64,000 nt of DNA from Escherichia coli (GCF_050320075.1 NZ_CP190018.1); one strand, 5' to 3'; positions 42,601 to 52,577 are shown, numbered from the stretch's first letter. Numbers and translations are program-made. Notes: generated by a model not told the origin, from the sequence alone.

Positions 42601-43425
42601 TGGGGATAGCGAGGGAATAGCAGCGAGAACTTTATCTACACAGCGTTGCCACTCATCTTCTGAAGCGAGTGAAAGATGATGACATAGACGTTGATGCCAG
42701 TTCGGTAGTGATTCTGCTTTGAGATCAGGGGGAATAATGGTGGTGACGTCGGCTTTTACTGGTTTATATTTGAGTTGAAGAGCGAGAAGGGCGATTTCAA
42801 CGGTAGTTTCCAGACCACAGCGAATGACTAAGTCATCGACCAGTTCATCTGTAGAGTAAGAGTTCCATAAATTCCAGAGCAATGCCGCATCAGATTGTAT
42901 ACTTCCTGTTTGTTGATTATTCAGAATTCGCCTTTGTAACTCGGCAAACGCCAGCTGCCAGTTTTCAGGATAAGAGCGGTAATTATTGTCGGGGTCATAT
43001 GCCCTGGTGTTATTCGCGATGCGCTTCCATATTTGGCCATCTTTGTACAGATAATTGATCTCTCTGGGGCGAGAGCGATGAGGAAAAGCAAATCGATTAA
43101 TATCGCCAGTTACCGGAATGACTGCATCATCAGCCACCCATGGGCGTTTGTTTTTACTCTCAGGGGAGGTTTCAACTTCAGGAGTGGCTTTGGTGATGGG
43201 GGGGATATGCACGTTTGCTAAAGCATTTTCCACATAGCCTTTTTTCGTTTTCTCTGCGATCAGCTTAAGCTCCGCTTTTGCCGCTGCCGCAGCATCCGCA
43301 AAACTTTTTACCTGGTTTTGCCCTTTGGTGCCAACTTTTCCCCAACAGATATGCAACTCGTTTCCCTGTTGCTCCACCGCCCAGAATTTATGTGATTTTT
43401 CGTCCTGAAAGATAAAGTGCCTCAT
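39628..43425 (-). CDS. Giant WGR-domain MolR/YehH-family protein, paralogue B (1265 aa)
   Basis: N-terminal WGR domain MRHFIFQDEKSHKFWAVEQQGNELHICWGKVGTKGQNQVKSFADAAAAAKAELKLIAEKTKKGY; C-terminal blocks LDFGPRQFTVGFDETLKPVV, RRVLWGVY, IYADYEKLPPFRQL, ELINDIESLFD. Confidence 0.85.
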   Translation of the reverse strand: MRHFIFQDEKSHKFWAVEQQGNELHICWGKVGTKGQNQVKSFADAAAAAKAELKLIAEKTKKGYVENALANVHIPPITKATPEVETSPESKNKRPWVADDAVIPVTGDINRFAFPHRSRPREINYLYKDGQIWKRIANNTRAYDPDNNYRSYPENWQLAFAELQRRILNNQQTGSIQSDAALLWNLWNSYSTDELVDDLVIRCGLETTVEIALLALQLKYKPVKADVTTIIPPDLKAESLPNWHQRLCHHLSLASEDEWQRCVDKVLAAIPSLSPARQPFAALLLPERPDIANAMALRYADQNVPAMTWLRLVVTDDAALTTAEKYDFPPLYHDFRAYLAMLLANNGVRGVSRILLEFTEEHSDNPTYLFERISETEDLVKWLWKTNHPDAIQILILGVIGKKKHLEYLSKACQKHPAAALAAYATLLAIHEDAQWRKALVKLITATPDLVTDVIPWVNAKAAGILSECRTQLVAEECEYATADMLPELFVAPPWVINKKTNVIPVFDLPVLPIPAVTDITPGITELISHTDISRFSEIAQYQSSQQTLFTDLPLIEKESWETSFIPFTPEQQILWQLGFNEWLHCEDDLHEKKYIPQSAVDALLRFDFPALKAEFAKYHNNANKSWNLSALCYLPGQQAISFLNQIIIEERYSGEKEILAVFGSTAIPAFMTCLQRDHQRLWIFTLFIGASELALPMAQRLQKKMAYKDAINWLANNPRHAAAGLLPLALGKPCQNREYARQAFRLLVKLNQRETIEEIGRRYNQPDVLAALATLFDSDPLEEYPAKIAPLPGFYQFTLWRRPRLKSNNLPLPDDAMRHLGTMLSFPRDITSYAGLATIKETFTHESLADFGWDLYTAWTEAGAPAKENWAFTSLGILGNDDTARKLTPLIRAWPGESQHKRAVYGLDVLADIGSDVALMLLNGIARKIKFKALQEHAREKINIVAENRGLTMAELEDRLAPDLGLDNSGSLILDFGPRQFTVGFDETLKPVVHDANGKVLKDLPKPNQSDDQTLATDSVNLFKQLKKDVHAIASQQIDRLEQDMCQRRRWTAEQFRLFLVEHPLVRHLTRRVLWGVYTEENTLIACFRVAEDSTYSDAQDELFTLPAGNIGIPHVLEISPESATAFGQIYADYEKLPPFRQLDRGYYHLTDNERDTHELIRWQGRLCQAGRIVGLERRGWQRLEESGSVYAMRKSTPYGALELETEHFSLIYGETGYSDLLPVESVKITSPGERYSTQPSLTFSALDAITASELINDIESLFD

Positions 43426-43520
43426 TCTGCATCCCTGTAATTTTATCCAGTTGAATGCTGATGCTACCAGTATTTATGCGGGTTAGAGAGAGACAAAATC
43501 GCAAGAAAACAACTTTAGGA

Positions 43521-43554
43521 ATTTATAAAGAAAAGGCGCTGTCGATACAGCGCC
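43521..43554 (-). terminator. Intrinsic terminator of metG
   Basis: GGCGCTGT-CGAT-ACAGCGCC hairpin followed on minus strand by T-rich tract. Confidence 0.5.
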
Positions 43555-43565
43555 TTGAAAGGAGA

Positions 43566-45599
43566 TTATTTCACCTGATGACCCGGTTTAGCACCGGCAT
43601 CCGGGCTTAGCAGGAAAATATCTTTCCCGCCAGGACCGGCAGCCATCACCATGCCTTCGGAGATACCGAAGCGCATTTTACGTGGTGCCAGGTTAGCCAC
43701 CATAATGGTGTGACGACCAATCAGTGCCTGCGGATCCGGGTAAGCAGAACGAATGCCGGAGAAGACATTGCGTTTTTCACCGCCGAGATCCAGCGTCAGG
43801 CGCAGCAGTTTGTCGGAACCTTCAACAAACTCTGCGTTTTCAATCAGTGCCACGCGCAGGTCAACTTTGGCGAAGTCATCAAAGGTGATAGTTTCCTGGA
43901 TTGGATCGTCAGCCAGCGGGCCAGTTACCGGCGCGGCAGCGGCTTTTACTTCTTCTTTAGATGCTTCCACCAGTGCTTCAACCTGCTTCATATCGATGCG
44001 GTTATACAGCGCCTTGAACGGATTCACTTTATGGCCCAACAGCGGTTGCTGGATACCATGCCAGGTCAGTTCTGTATTGAGGAATGCTTCTGCACGCTCG
44101 GTCAGTTTCGGCAGTACCGGCTTCAGGTAAGTCATCAGCACGCGGAACAGGTTGATGCCCATCGAGCAAATTGCCTGCAGGTCGGCATCGCGGCCTTCCT
44201 GTTTCGCCACCACCCACGGAGCCTGTTCATCGACATAGCGGTTAGCCAGGTCAGCCAGCGCCATAATTTCGCGTACTGCTTTACCAAATTCGCGGCTTTC
44301 CCACGCTTCACCAATCACTTCAGCGGCATCCGTGAAGGTTTTGTACAACTGCGGGTCAGCCAGTTCGCTTGCCAGCACGCCGTCAAAACGCTTGTTGATA
44401 AAGCCAGCGTTACGGGATGCCAGGTTAACCACTTTATTCACGATATCGGCATTCACACGCTGAACGAAATCTTCCAGGTTGAGATCGATATCATCAATGC
44501 GCGAAGAGAGTTTCGCAGTGTAGTAGTAACGCAGGCTGTCAGCATCAAAATGATTCAGCCAGGTACTGGCTTTAATAAAGGTGCCGCGAGACTTGGACAT
44601 CTTCGCGCCGTTCACCGTCACATAGCCATGAACAAACAGGTTAGTCGGCTTGCGGAAGTTGCTGCCTTCCAGCATGGCAGGCCAGAACAGGCTGTGGAAG
44701 TAAACGATATCTTTACCGATGAAGTGGTACAGCTCGGCGGTGGAATCTTTCTTCCAGTATTCATCGAAGCTGGTGGTGTTGCCGCGTTTGTCGCACAGAT
44801 TCTTGAAGGAACCCATGTAGCCAATCGGTGCGTCCAGCCAGACGTAGAAATATTTGCCCGGCGCGTTCGGAATTTCAAAACCGAAGTAAGGGGCGTCGCG
44901 GGAGATATCCCACTGTTGCAGGCCGGATTCAAACCACTCCTGCATTTTGTTTGCCACCTGCTCCTGCAACGCACCGCTGCGGGTCCATGCCTGCAACATT
45001 TCGCTGAAAGAGGGCAGATCAAAGAAGAAGTGTTCAGAATCACGCATTACCGGGGTAGCGCCAGAAACCACCGATTTCGGCTCGATCAGTTCAGTCGGGC
45101 TGTAGGTCGCACCGCAGACTTCGCAGTTATCGCCGTATTGATCCGGGGATTTACATTTCGGGCAGGTGCCTTTTACAAAACGGTCCGGCAGGAACATGCC
45201 TTTTTCCGGATCGTAAAGCTGAGAGATGGTGCGGTTTTTAATAAAACCGTTTTCTTTCAGGCGAGAGTAGATAAGTTCTGACAACTGGCGGTTCTCTTCG
45301 CTGTGCGTCGAGTGATAGTTGTCATAGCTGATGTTAAAGCCTGCGAAATCAGTCTGATGCTCCTGACTCATTTCGCCAATCATCTGCTCCGGGGTGATAC
45401 CGAGCTGCTGAGCTTTCAGCATGATCGGTGTGCCGTGGGCATCGTCGGCGCAGATGAAGTTGACCTCGTGGCCGCGCATTCGCTGGTAACGGACCCAGAC
45501 ATCAGCCTGGATGTGCTCCAGCATATGGCCGAGGTGGATTGAGCCGTTAGCGTACGGCAGTGCGCACGTCACCAGAATTTTCTTCGCGACTTGAGTCAT
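43566..45599 (-). CDS. metG: Methionyl-tRNA synthetase
   Basis: ATG 45597-45599 gives 677-aa [31 protein letters not shown] (HIGH motif), KMSKS motif, zinc knuckle CPKC...CEVC. Confidence 0.95.
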   Translation of the reverse strand: MTQVAKKILVTCALPYANGSIHLGHMLEHIQADVWVRYQRMRGHEVNFICADDAHGTPIMLKAQQLGITPEQMIGEMSQEHQTDFAGFNISYDNYHSTHSEENRQLSELIYSRLKENGFIKNRTISQLYDPEKGMFLPDRFVKGTCPKCKSPDQYGDNCEVCGATYSPTELIEPKSVVSGATPVMRDSEHFFFDLPSFSEMLQAWTRSGALQEQVANKMQEWFESGLQQWDISRDAPYFGFEIPNAPGKYFYVWLDAPIGYMGSFKNLCDKRGNTTSFDEYWKKDSTAELYHFIGKDIVYFHSLFWPAMLEGSNFRKPTNLFVHGYVTVNGAKMSKSRGTFIKASTWLNHFDADSLRYYYTAKLSSRIDDIDLNLEDFVQRVNADIVNKVVNLASRNAGFINKRFDGVLASELADPQLYKTFTDAAEVIGEAWESREFGKAVREIMALADLANRYVDEQAPWVVAKQEGRDADLQAICSMGINLFRVLMTYLKPVLPKLTERAEAFLNTELTWHGIQQPLLGHKVNPFKALYNRIDMKQVEALVEASKEEVKAAAAPVTGPLADDPIQETITFDDFAKVDLRVALIENAEFVEGSDKLLRLTLDLGGEKRNVFSGIRSAYPDPQALIGRHTIMVANLAPRKMRFGISEGMVMAAGPGGKDIFLLSPDAGAKPGHQVK

Positions 45600-45730
45600 A
45601 GTAGGCATTACTTCTTAATAGTGAAAAGGGGTTAGATAGTACCAAATGGAAAAATGTTAAGTAAGTACTTCTCTATATTCTTCAGGTAAACTATCAGCTG
45701 ATGGTTTATCTATACAAAAAAGGAGTCGGG

Positions 45731-46840
45731 ATGAACGAACAATCCCAGGCCAAATCACCAGAAGCCTTGCGCGCAATGGTCGCCGGGACACTGGCCAATT
45801 TTCAGCACCCAACCCTGAAGCATAACCTCACCACGCTGAAAGCGTTGCACCATGTCGCCTGGATGGATGACACGTTGCATGTGGAACTGGTTATGCCATT
45901 CGTCTGGCATAGCGCGTTCGAAGAGTTAAAAGAGCAATGTAGCGCCGAACTGCTGCGCATCACCGGGGCGAAAGCTATCGACTGGAAACTGTCGCACAAT
46001 ATCGCCACCTTAAAACGCGTGAAGAATCAGCCGGGAATTAACGGCGTGAAGAACATCATTGCGGTCAGCTCCGGTAAAGGCGGCGTGGGTAAATCCTCCA
46101 CGGCGGTAAACCTGGCGCTGGCACTGGCGGCGGAAGGGGCGAAAGTCGGCATTCTGGACGCCGATATCTATGGCCCATCAATACCCACCATGCTGGGTGC
46201 AGAAAATCAGCGTCCAACTTCGCCGGACGGTACCCATATGGCACCGATTATGTCTCATGGACTGGCAACCAATTCAATTGGTTATCTGGTCACTGACGAC
46301 AATGCGATGGTGTGGCGTGGTCCGATGGCGAGCAAGGCGTTAATGCAGATGTTGCAGGAAACCTTGTGGCCGGATCTCGACTATCTGGTGCTTGATATGC
46401 CGCCAGGCACCGGTGACATTCAATTGACACTGGCACAAAACATACCAGTAACTGGCGCGGTAGTGGTCACCACTCCGCAGGACATTGCGTTGATCGATGC
46501 GAAAAAAGGCATTGTGATGTTCGAGAAAGTCGAGGTTCCGGTGCTCGGTATTGTCGAGAACATGAGTGTGCATATTTGCAGTAACTGTGGTCACCATGAA
46601 CCGATTTTCGGTACCGGTGGTGCAGAGAAACTGGCCGAGAAATATCACACGCAGTTGCTGGGGCAGATGCCGTTACACATCTCCTTACGTGAAGATCTCG
46701 ATAAAGGCACGCCAACGGTTATCAGCCGTCCGGAGAGCGAATTTACCGCTATCTACCGCCAGCTGGCTGACCGCGTTGCAGCCCAGCTTTATTGGCAGGG
46801 AGAAGTCATTCCTGGCGAGATTTCCTTCCGCGCGGTCTAA
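45731..46840 (+). CDS. apbC: Fe-S cluster carrier ATPase ApbC (Mrp)
   Basis: ATG 45731 after AGGAG RBS; P-loop GKGGVGKSS; CxxC motif CSNCGH. Confidence 0.95.
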   Translation: MNEQSQAKSPEALRAMVAGTLANFQHPTLKHNLTTLKALHHVAWMDDTLHVELVMPFVWHSAFEELKEQCSAELLRITGAKAIDWKLSHNIATLKRVKNQPGINGVKNIIAVSSGKGGVGKSSTAVNLALALAAEGAKVGILDADIYGPSIPTMLGAENQRPTSPDGTHMAPIMSHGLATNSIGYLVTDDNAMVWRGPMASKALMQMLQETLWPDLDYLVLDMPPGTGDIQLTLAQNIPVTGAVVVTTPQDIALIDAKKGIVMFEKVEVPVLGIVENMSVHICSNCGHHEPIFGTGGAEKLAEKYHTQLLGQMPLHISLREDLDKGTPTVISRPESEFTAIYRQLADRVAAQLYWQGEVIPGEISFRAV

Positions 46841-46870
46841 CGCGTATTAACCTTTTTGGTTGTTTTTCAT

Positions 46871-46921
46871 ACACCGCAGAGATGTTACATTGATGCGGTG
46901 TATTTGTTTTTGCCGCATTAA
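46871..46921 (+). terminator. Possible terminator downstream of apbC
   Basis: ACACCGCA...TGCGGTGT inverted repeat with long loop followed by TATTTGTTTTT. Confidence 0.35.
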
Positions 46922-47102
46922 TGAACACTTATTTAATGCTGCAAATATTCTGCGGACCTTCGTCCGAAACTCTATAAAGTCGATTGATCGTACAGGCAAT
47001 GCTTCATTATCATCCTTCGTGGCTGTGTAGTGGATGTACAGCTATAGTTTGTTATGCACTCATTCTATCCAGGCATAACCTTTACTACAGGGATAACGTT
47101 CA

Positions 47103-47384
47103 ATGAATAAGTACTGGCTGTCAGGAATTATTTTTCTTGCCTATGGAATGGCTTCTCCCGCGTTCTCTTCACAGACTGCCACATTAACGATTAATGGCAG
47201 GATCAGTCCCCCAACATGCAGTATGGCTATGGTTAATGGTCAACCTCAACAGTATTGTGGTCAGTTAACGTATGATGTTGATACCCGTCATCAGGTTTCT
47301 TCGCCAGTCAAAGGTGTAACGACAGAAGTGGTTGTTGCAGGTAGCGATAGCAAACGTCGAATCGTGTTAAATCGCTACGATTAA
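47103..47384 (+). CDS. yehE: Small secreted protein YehE (DUF2574)
   Basis: 93-aa ORF with signal peptide MNKYWLSGIIFLAYGMASPAFS. Confidence 0.85.
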   Translation: MNKYWLSGIIFLAYGMASPAFSSQTATLTINGRISPPTCSMAMVNGQPQQYCGQLTYDVDTRHQVSSPVKGVTTEVVVAGSDSKRRIVLNRYD

Positions 47385-47416
47385 TTTGCCACCCTGGTTT
47401 TTTAATCGGATTTAGA

Positions 47417-47456
47417 AAGCTGAAATCATTCGTGTGAATGATTTCAGCTTTTTTAT
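47417..47456 (+). terminator. Intrinsic terminator after yehE
   Basis: AAGCTGAAATCATTC-GTGT-GAATGATTTCAGCTT perfect 15-bp stem followed by TTTTTT. Confidence 0.6.
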
Positions 47457-47679
47457 TTATATCAATAATACCACTTACAAAAATCTGCATTAATTAATAG
47501 ATGTGATAAATATTTAATATGCTTAAGTATTTGTTGTGTTTATATTGCAATAGTTAATTTGTTTTAAATCAATAAAACAATATGTTTACATTGCGGCAAC
47601 TTTTTTGATGTGAGAAATTTGTTTCCAAGAGATACAGACTCTTAACAACCAAAAAATAAATTTTATTAAGGAACATATT

Positions 47680-48222
47680 ATGAAACGTTCAATTATTGCT
47701 GCCGCTGTCTTTTCTTCTTTTTTTATGAGCGCTGGGGTATTTGCCGCAGACGTTGATACCGGAACATTAACCATTAAAGGGAATATTGCAGAATCTCCGT
47801 GTAAATTCGAAGCGGGTGGCGATTCAGTAAGTATTAATATGCCAACTGTACCAACCACTGTCTTTGAAGGTAAAGCTAAATACTCGACCTATGATGATGC
47901 AGTCGGTGTAACCAGCAGCATGTTAAAAATTAGCTGTCCGAAAGAAGTTGCTGGTGTAAAACTCTCGTTGATTACCAACGATAAAATAACCGGAAACGAT
48001 AAGGCGATAGCCAGTAGCAACGATACCGTGGGGTACTATCTCTATTTAGGTGATAACAGCGATGTCCTGGATGTTTCTGCACCTTTTAACATTGAGAGTT
48101 ATAAAACAGCGGAAGGTCAATATGCTATTCCGTTTAAAGCAAAATACCTGAAGCTGACAGATAATTCAGTGCAATCAGGTGATGTGTTATCTTCTCTGGT
48201 TATGCGTGTGGCGCAGGATTAA
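47680..48222 (+). CDS. yehD: Fimbrial major subunit YehD (chaperone-usher)
   Basis: Signal peptide MKRSIIAAAVFSSFFMSAGVFA, fimbrial-subunit Cys pair, preceded by long AT-rich regulatory region. Confidence 0.9.
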   Translation: MKRSIIAAAVFSSFFMSAGVFAADVDTGTLTIKGNIAESPCKFEAGGDSVSINMPTVPTTVFEGKAKYSTYDDAVGVTSSMLKISCPKEVAGVKLSLITNDKITGNDKAIASSNDTVGYYLYLGDNSDVLDVSAPFNIESYKTAEGQYAIPFKAKYLKLTDNSVQSGDVLSSLVMRVAQD

Positions 48223-48302
48223 TAAATAAAACTTCAAGTTTCTCCAGGTAATAAACATGGCCGCTATCCCCATGGCGGCCTTTTAATTTAAGAGGCATTA
48301 AG

Positions 48303-48977
48303 ATGAAAGGATTATTAGCTTTACTCATTTCTTCTATGGTCCTTCCTGCACATGCCGGTATTGTTATCTACGGGACGCGTATTATTTACCCGGCAGAAAA
48401 TAAAGAAGTGATGGTGCAGTTGATGAATCAGGGAAACCGTTCTTCGCTGCTGCAGGCGTGGATTGATGATGGCGATACGTCGTTACCACCAGAAAAAATT
48501 CAGGTTCCTTTCATGTTAACGCCACCAGTGGCAAAAATAGGGGCAAATTCCGGGCAGCAAGTAAAAATCAAAATTATGCCGAATAAACTGCCCACTAATA
48601 AAGAGAGCATTTTTTATCTGAATGTTCTGGATATTCCACCAAATAGTCCAGAGCAAGAGGGCAAGAATGCACTGAAATTTGCAATGCAAAACAGAATTAA
48701 ATTGTTTTACCGGCCTGCGGGTATTGCGCCAGTAAATAAAGCGACATTTAAAAAGTTACTGGTAAATCGCAGTGGCAATGGATTGGTGATAAAAAATGAC
48801 TCAGCAAATTGGGTAACGATTTCGGATGTCAAAGCTAATAATGTCAAAGTCAATTATGAAACTATTATGATTGCCCCCTTAGAAAGTCAGAGTATTAATG
48901 TCAAAAGTAATAATGCGAATAACTGGTATCTGACCATTATCGATGACCATGGCAACTATATTAGTGACAAAATTTAA
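48303..48977 (+). CDS. yehC: Periplasmic fimbrial chaperone YehC (PapD-like)
   Basis: 224-aa ORF MKGLLALLISSMVLPAHAGIVIYGTRIIYPAENKEVMVQLMN... typical chaperone N-terminus; ATG preceded by AAGAGG. Confidence 0.9.
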   Translation: MKGLLALLISSMVLPAHAGIVIYGTRIIYPAENKEVMVQLMNQGNRSSLLQAWIDDGDTSLPPEKIQVPFMLTPPVAKIGANSGQQVKIKIMPNKLPTNKESIFYLNVLDIPPNSPEQEGKNALKFAMQNRIKLFYRPAGIAPVNKATFKKLLVNRSGNGLVIKNDSANWVTISDVKANNVKVNYETIMIAPLESQSINVKSNNANNWYLTIIDDHGNYISDKI

Positions 48978-48992
48978 TTGCAGGAGCTGCCT

Positions 48993-51473
48993 ATGTTGAG
49001 AATGACCCCACTTGCATCAGCAATCGTAGCGTTATTGCTCGGCATTGAAGCTTATGCAGCTGAAGAAACCTTTGATACCCATTTTATGATAGGTGGAATG
49101 AAAGACCAGCAGGTTGCAAATATTCGTCTTGATGATAATCAACCCTTGCCGGGGCAGTATGACATCGATATTTATGTCAATAAGCAATGGCGCGGGAAAT
49201 ATGAGATCATTGTTAAAGACAACCCGCAAGAAACATGTATATCAAGGGAAATTATCAAGCGGTTAGGCATTAATACCGATAACTTTGCCAGCGGTAAGCA
49301 ATGTTTAACATTTGAGCAACTTGTTCAGGGTGGGAGCTATACCTGGGATATCGGAGTTTTTCGTCTCGATTTCAGTGTCCCGCAGGCGTGGGTGGAAGAA
49401 CTGGAAAGTGGCTATGTTCCACCGGAAAACTGGGAGCGGGGTATTAATGCGTTTTATACCTCTTATTATGTGAGTCAGTATTACAGCGACTATAAAGCGT
49501 CGGGTAATAGCAAGAGTACATATGTACGTTTTAACAGCGGGTTAAACTTACTGGGGTGGCAACTGCATTCTGATGCCAGTTTCAGTAAAACAAATAGCAA
49601 TCCAGGGGGGTGGAAAAGCAATACCCTGTATCTGGAACGTGGATTTGCCCAACTTCTCGGCACGCTTCGCGTGGGTGATATGTACACATCAAGCGATATT
49701 TTTGATTCTGTTCGCTTCAGCGGTGTGCGGTTGTTTCGTGATATGCAGATGTTGCCTAACTCGAAACAGAATTTTACTCCACGGGTGCAGGGGATTGCTC
49801 AGAGTAACGCGCTGGTAACTATTGAACAGAACGGTTTTGTGGTTTATCAGAAAGAGGTTCCTCCTGGCCCGTTTGCGATTACAGATTTGCAGTTGGCCGG
49901 TGGTGGAGCAGATCTTGATGTCAGCGTGAAAGAGGCGGACGGTTCGGTAACCACCTATCTGGTGCCTTATGCAGCGGTGCCGAATATGCTGCAACCTGGC
50001 GTGTCGAAATATGATTTTGCGGCGGGTCGTAGCCATATTGAAGGGGCGAGCAAACAAAGTGATTTTGTCCAGGCGGGTTATCAGTATGGTTTTAATAACT
50101 TATTGACGCTGTATGGCGGATCGATGGTCGCGAATAATTATTACGCGTTCACTTTGGGGACTGGCTGGAATACACGCATTGGTGCCATTTCCGTCGATGC
50201 CACGAAGTCGCATAGTAAACAAGACAACGGCGATGTGTTTGACGGGCAAAGTTATCAAATTGCCTACAACAAATTTGTGAGCCAAACGTCGACGCGTTTT
50301 GGTCTGGCGGCCTGGCGTTATTCGTCGCGTGATTACCGGACATTTAACGATCATGTTTGGGCAAACAATAAAGATAATTATCGCCGTGATGAAAACGATA
50401 TCTATGACATTGCCGATTATTACCAGAACGATTTTGGCCGTAAAAATAGCTTTTCTGCCAATATGAGCCAGTCATTGCCAGAAGGCTGGGGTTCTGTGTC
50501 CTTAAGTACGTTATGGCGAGATTACTGGGGGCGTAGCGGCAGCAGTAAGGATTATCAGTTGAGTTATTCCAACAACCTGCGACGGATAAGCTATACCCTC
50601 GCGGCAAGCCAGGCTTATGACGAGAATCATCATGAAGAGAAACGTTTTAATATTTTTATATCGATTCCCTTTGATTGGGGTGATGACGTTACGACGCCTC
50701 GTCGGCAAATATATATGTCTAACTCAACGACGTTTGATGATCAGGGTTTTGCCTCAAATAATACGGGATTATCGGGAACCGTTGGAAGCCGGGATCAATT
50801 TAACTATGGGGTCAACCTGAGTCATCAGCATCAGGGAAATGAAACGACAGCTGGAGCGAATTTAACCTGGAACGCGCCGGTTGCGACAGTGAATGGCAGT
50901 TATAGTCAGTCGAGTACTTATCGACAGGCTGGAGCCAGTGTTTCAGGGGGCATTGTCGCCTGGTCGGAGGGCGTTAATCTGGCGAACCGTCTTTCCGAAA
51001 CGTTTGCAGTGATGAATGCGCCAGGAATTAAAGATGCTTATGTCAATGGGCAAAAATATCGCACAACAAACCGTAATGGAGTGGTGGTATACGACGGAAT
51101 GACACCTTATCGGGAAAATCACCTGATGCTGGATGTGTCGCAAAGCGATAGCGAAGCAGAATTGCGCGGTAACCGGAAAATTGCCGCACCTTATCGCGGC
51201 GCGGTTGTACTGGTTAATTTTGATACCGATCAGCGCAAGCCCTGGTTTATAAAAGCGTTAAGAACGGATGGGCAACCATTAACGTTTGGTTATGAAGTCA
51301 ATGATATCCATGGTCATAATATTGGCGTTGTCGGCCAGGGAAGCCAGTTATTTATTCGCACCAATGAAGTACCGCCGTCGGTTAATGTGGCAATTAATAA
51401 GCAACAAGGACTTTCATGCACAATCACCTTCGGTAAAGAGATTGATGAAAGTAGAAATTATATTTGCCAGTAA
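48993..51473 (+). CDS. yehB: Fimbrial outer-membrane usher YehB
   Basis: ATG 48993 after AGGAG; 826-aa beta-barrel usher MLRMTPLASAIVALLLGIEAYA... Confidence 0.9.
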   Translation: MLRMTPLASAIVALLLGIEAYAAEETFDTHFMIGGMKDQQVANIRLDDNQPLPGQYDIDIYVNKQWRGKYEIIVKDNPQETCISREIIKRLGINTDNFASGKQCLTFEQLVQGGSYTWDIGVFRLDFSVPQAWVEELESGYVPPENWERGINAFYTSYYVSQYYSDYKASGNSKSTYVRFNSGLNLLGWQLHSDASFSKTNSNPGGWKSNTLYLERGFAQLLGTLRVGDMYTSSDIFDSVRFSGVRLFRDMQMLPNSKQNFTPRVQGIAQSNALVTIEQNGFVVYQKEVPPGPFAITDLQLAGGGADLDVSVKEADGSVTTYLVPYAAVPNMLQPGVSKYDFAAGRSHIEGASKQSDFVQAGYQYGFNNLLTLYGGSMVANNYYAFTLGTGWNTRIGAISVDATKSHSKQDNGDVFDGQSYQIAYNKFVSQTSTRFGLAAWRYSSRDYRTFNDHVWANNKDNYRRDENDIYDIADYYQNDFGRKNSFSANMSQSLPEGWGSVSLSTLWRDYWGRSGSSKDYQLSYSNNLRRISYTLAASQAYDENHHEEKRFNIFISIPFDWGDDVTTPRRQIYMSNSTTFDDQGFASNNTGLSGTVGSRDQFNYGVNLSHQHQGNETTAGANLTWNAPVATVNGSYSQSSTYRQAGASVSGGIVAWSEGVNLANRLSETFAVMNAPGIKDAYVNGQKYRTTNRNGVVVYDGMTPYRENHLMLDVSQSDSEAELRGNRKIAAPYRGAVVLVNFDTDQRKPWFIKALRTDGQPLTFGYEVNDIHGHNIGVVGQGSQLFIRTNEVPPSVNVAINKQQGLSCTITFGKEIDESRNYICQ

Positions 51474-51488
51474 TAGTCAGGTGGTTCT

Positions 51489-52523
51489 ATGAAAATTCGC
51501 ATAATGCTATTTATATTAATGATGATGGTTATGCCAGTGAGCTATGCAGCATGTTATAGTGAGTTATCTGTTCAGCACAATTTGGTTGTTCAGGGGGATT
51601 TTGCACTTACTCAAACACAAATGGCGACCTATGAGCATAATTTTAATGATTCGTCATGCGTGAGTACAAATACTATCACCCCTATGAGCCCGTCGGATAT
51701 TATTGTTGGACTTTATAACGATACCATTAAATTAAATTTACATTTTGAATGGACCAATAAAAATAACATCACGTTGTCAAATAATCAGACCAGTTTCACC
51801 AATGGTTATTCGGTAACGGTGACACCTGCAGCCAGTAATGCAAAAGTGAATGTTTCTGCGGGGGGCGGCGGTTCAGTGATGATTAATGGAGTTGCGACAT
51901 TATCCAGTGCTTCATCATCGACACGCGGGAGTGCCGCAGTACAATTTCTACTGTGTTTATTAGGTGGCAAGTCATGGGATGCATGTGTAAATAGCTACAG
52001 AAATGCATTGGCACAAAATGCAGGTGTCTATTCCTTTAATCTGGCATTGTCATATAACCCGATAACAACGACCTGCAAACCGGACGATTTATTAATTACT
52101 TTAGAGAGTACTCCCGTTTCACAATTACCAGCCACAGGTAACAAAGCAACAATAAATAGTAAAAAAGGAGATATTATTCTGCGTTGTAAAAATTTATTAG
52201 GTCAACAAAATCAAACATCACGAAAAATGCAGGTGTATTTATCAAGTTCTGATTTGTGGGGCAGTAGTAACACGATCCTGAAAGGTGCGGAAGATAATGG
52301 CGTAGGGTTTATTCTTGAAAGTAATGGTTCGCCAGTCACACTTTTAAATATCACTAACAGCAGTAAAGGATATACAAATTTAAAGGAAGTTGCTGCGAAG
52401 TCAAAACTTACAGATACAACGGTTTCAATTCCGATAACTGCCAGTTACTACGTCTACGATACAAACAAAGTTAAATCTGGCGCACTGGAGGCAACCGCAT
52501 TAATCAACGTGAAATACGACTAA
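51489..52523 (+). CDS. yehA: Fimbrial tip adhesin-like protein YehA
   Basis: 344-aa ORF with signal peptide MKIRIMLFILMMMVMPVSYAA, Asn/Ser/Thr-rich. Confidence 0.85.
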   Translation: MKIRIMLFILMMMVMPVSYAACYSELSVQHNLVVQGDFALTQTQMATYEHNFNDSSCVSTNTITPMSPSDIIVGLYNDTIKLNLHFEWTNKNNITLSNNQTSFTNGYSVTVTPAASNAKVNVSAGGGGSVMINGVATLSSASSSTRGSAAVQFLLCLLGGKSWDACVNSYRNALAQNAGVYSFNLALSYNPITTTCKPDDLLITLESTPVSQLPATGNKATINSKKGDIILRCKNLLGQQNQTSRKMQVYLSSSDLWGSSNTILKGAEDNGVGFILESNGSPVTLLNITNSSKGYTNLKEVAAKSKLTDTTVSIPITASYYVYDTNKVKSGALEATALINVKYD

Positions 52524-52577
52524 TAACAAGCAAGACGAGCAAGTGGCTAATAATAAAAAATAACAAGGTGTCTGCAT

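Noticed and set aside
43710-45281. 523-aa plus-strand ORF
   Set aside because: Antisense shadow of metG; F/R/Q-rich composition typical of reverse frames of a highly expressed gene
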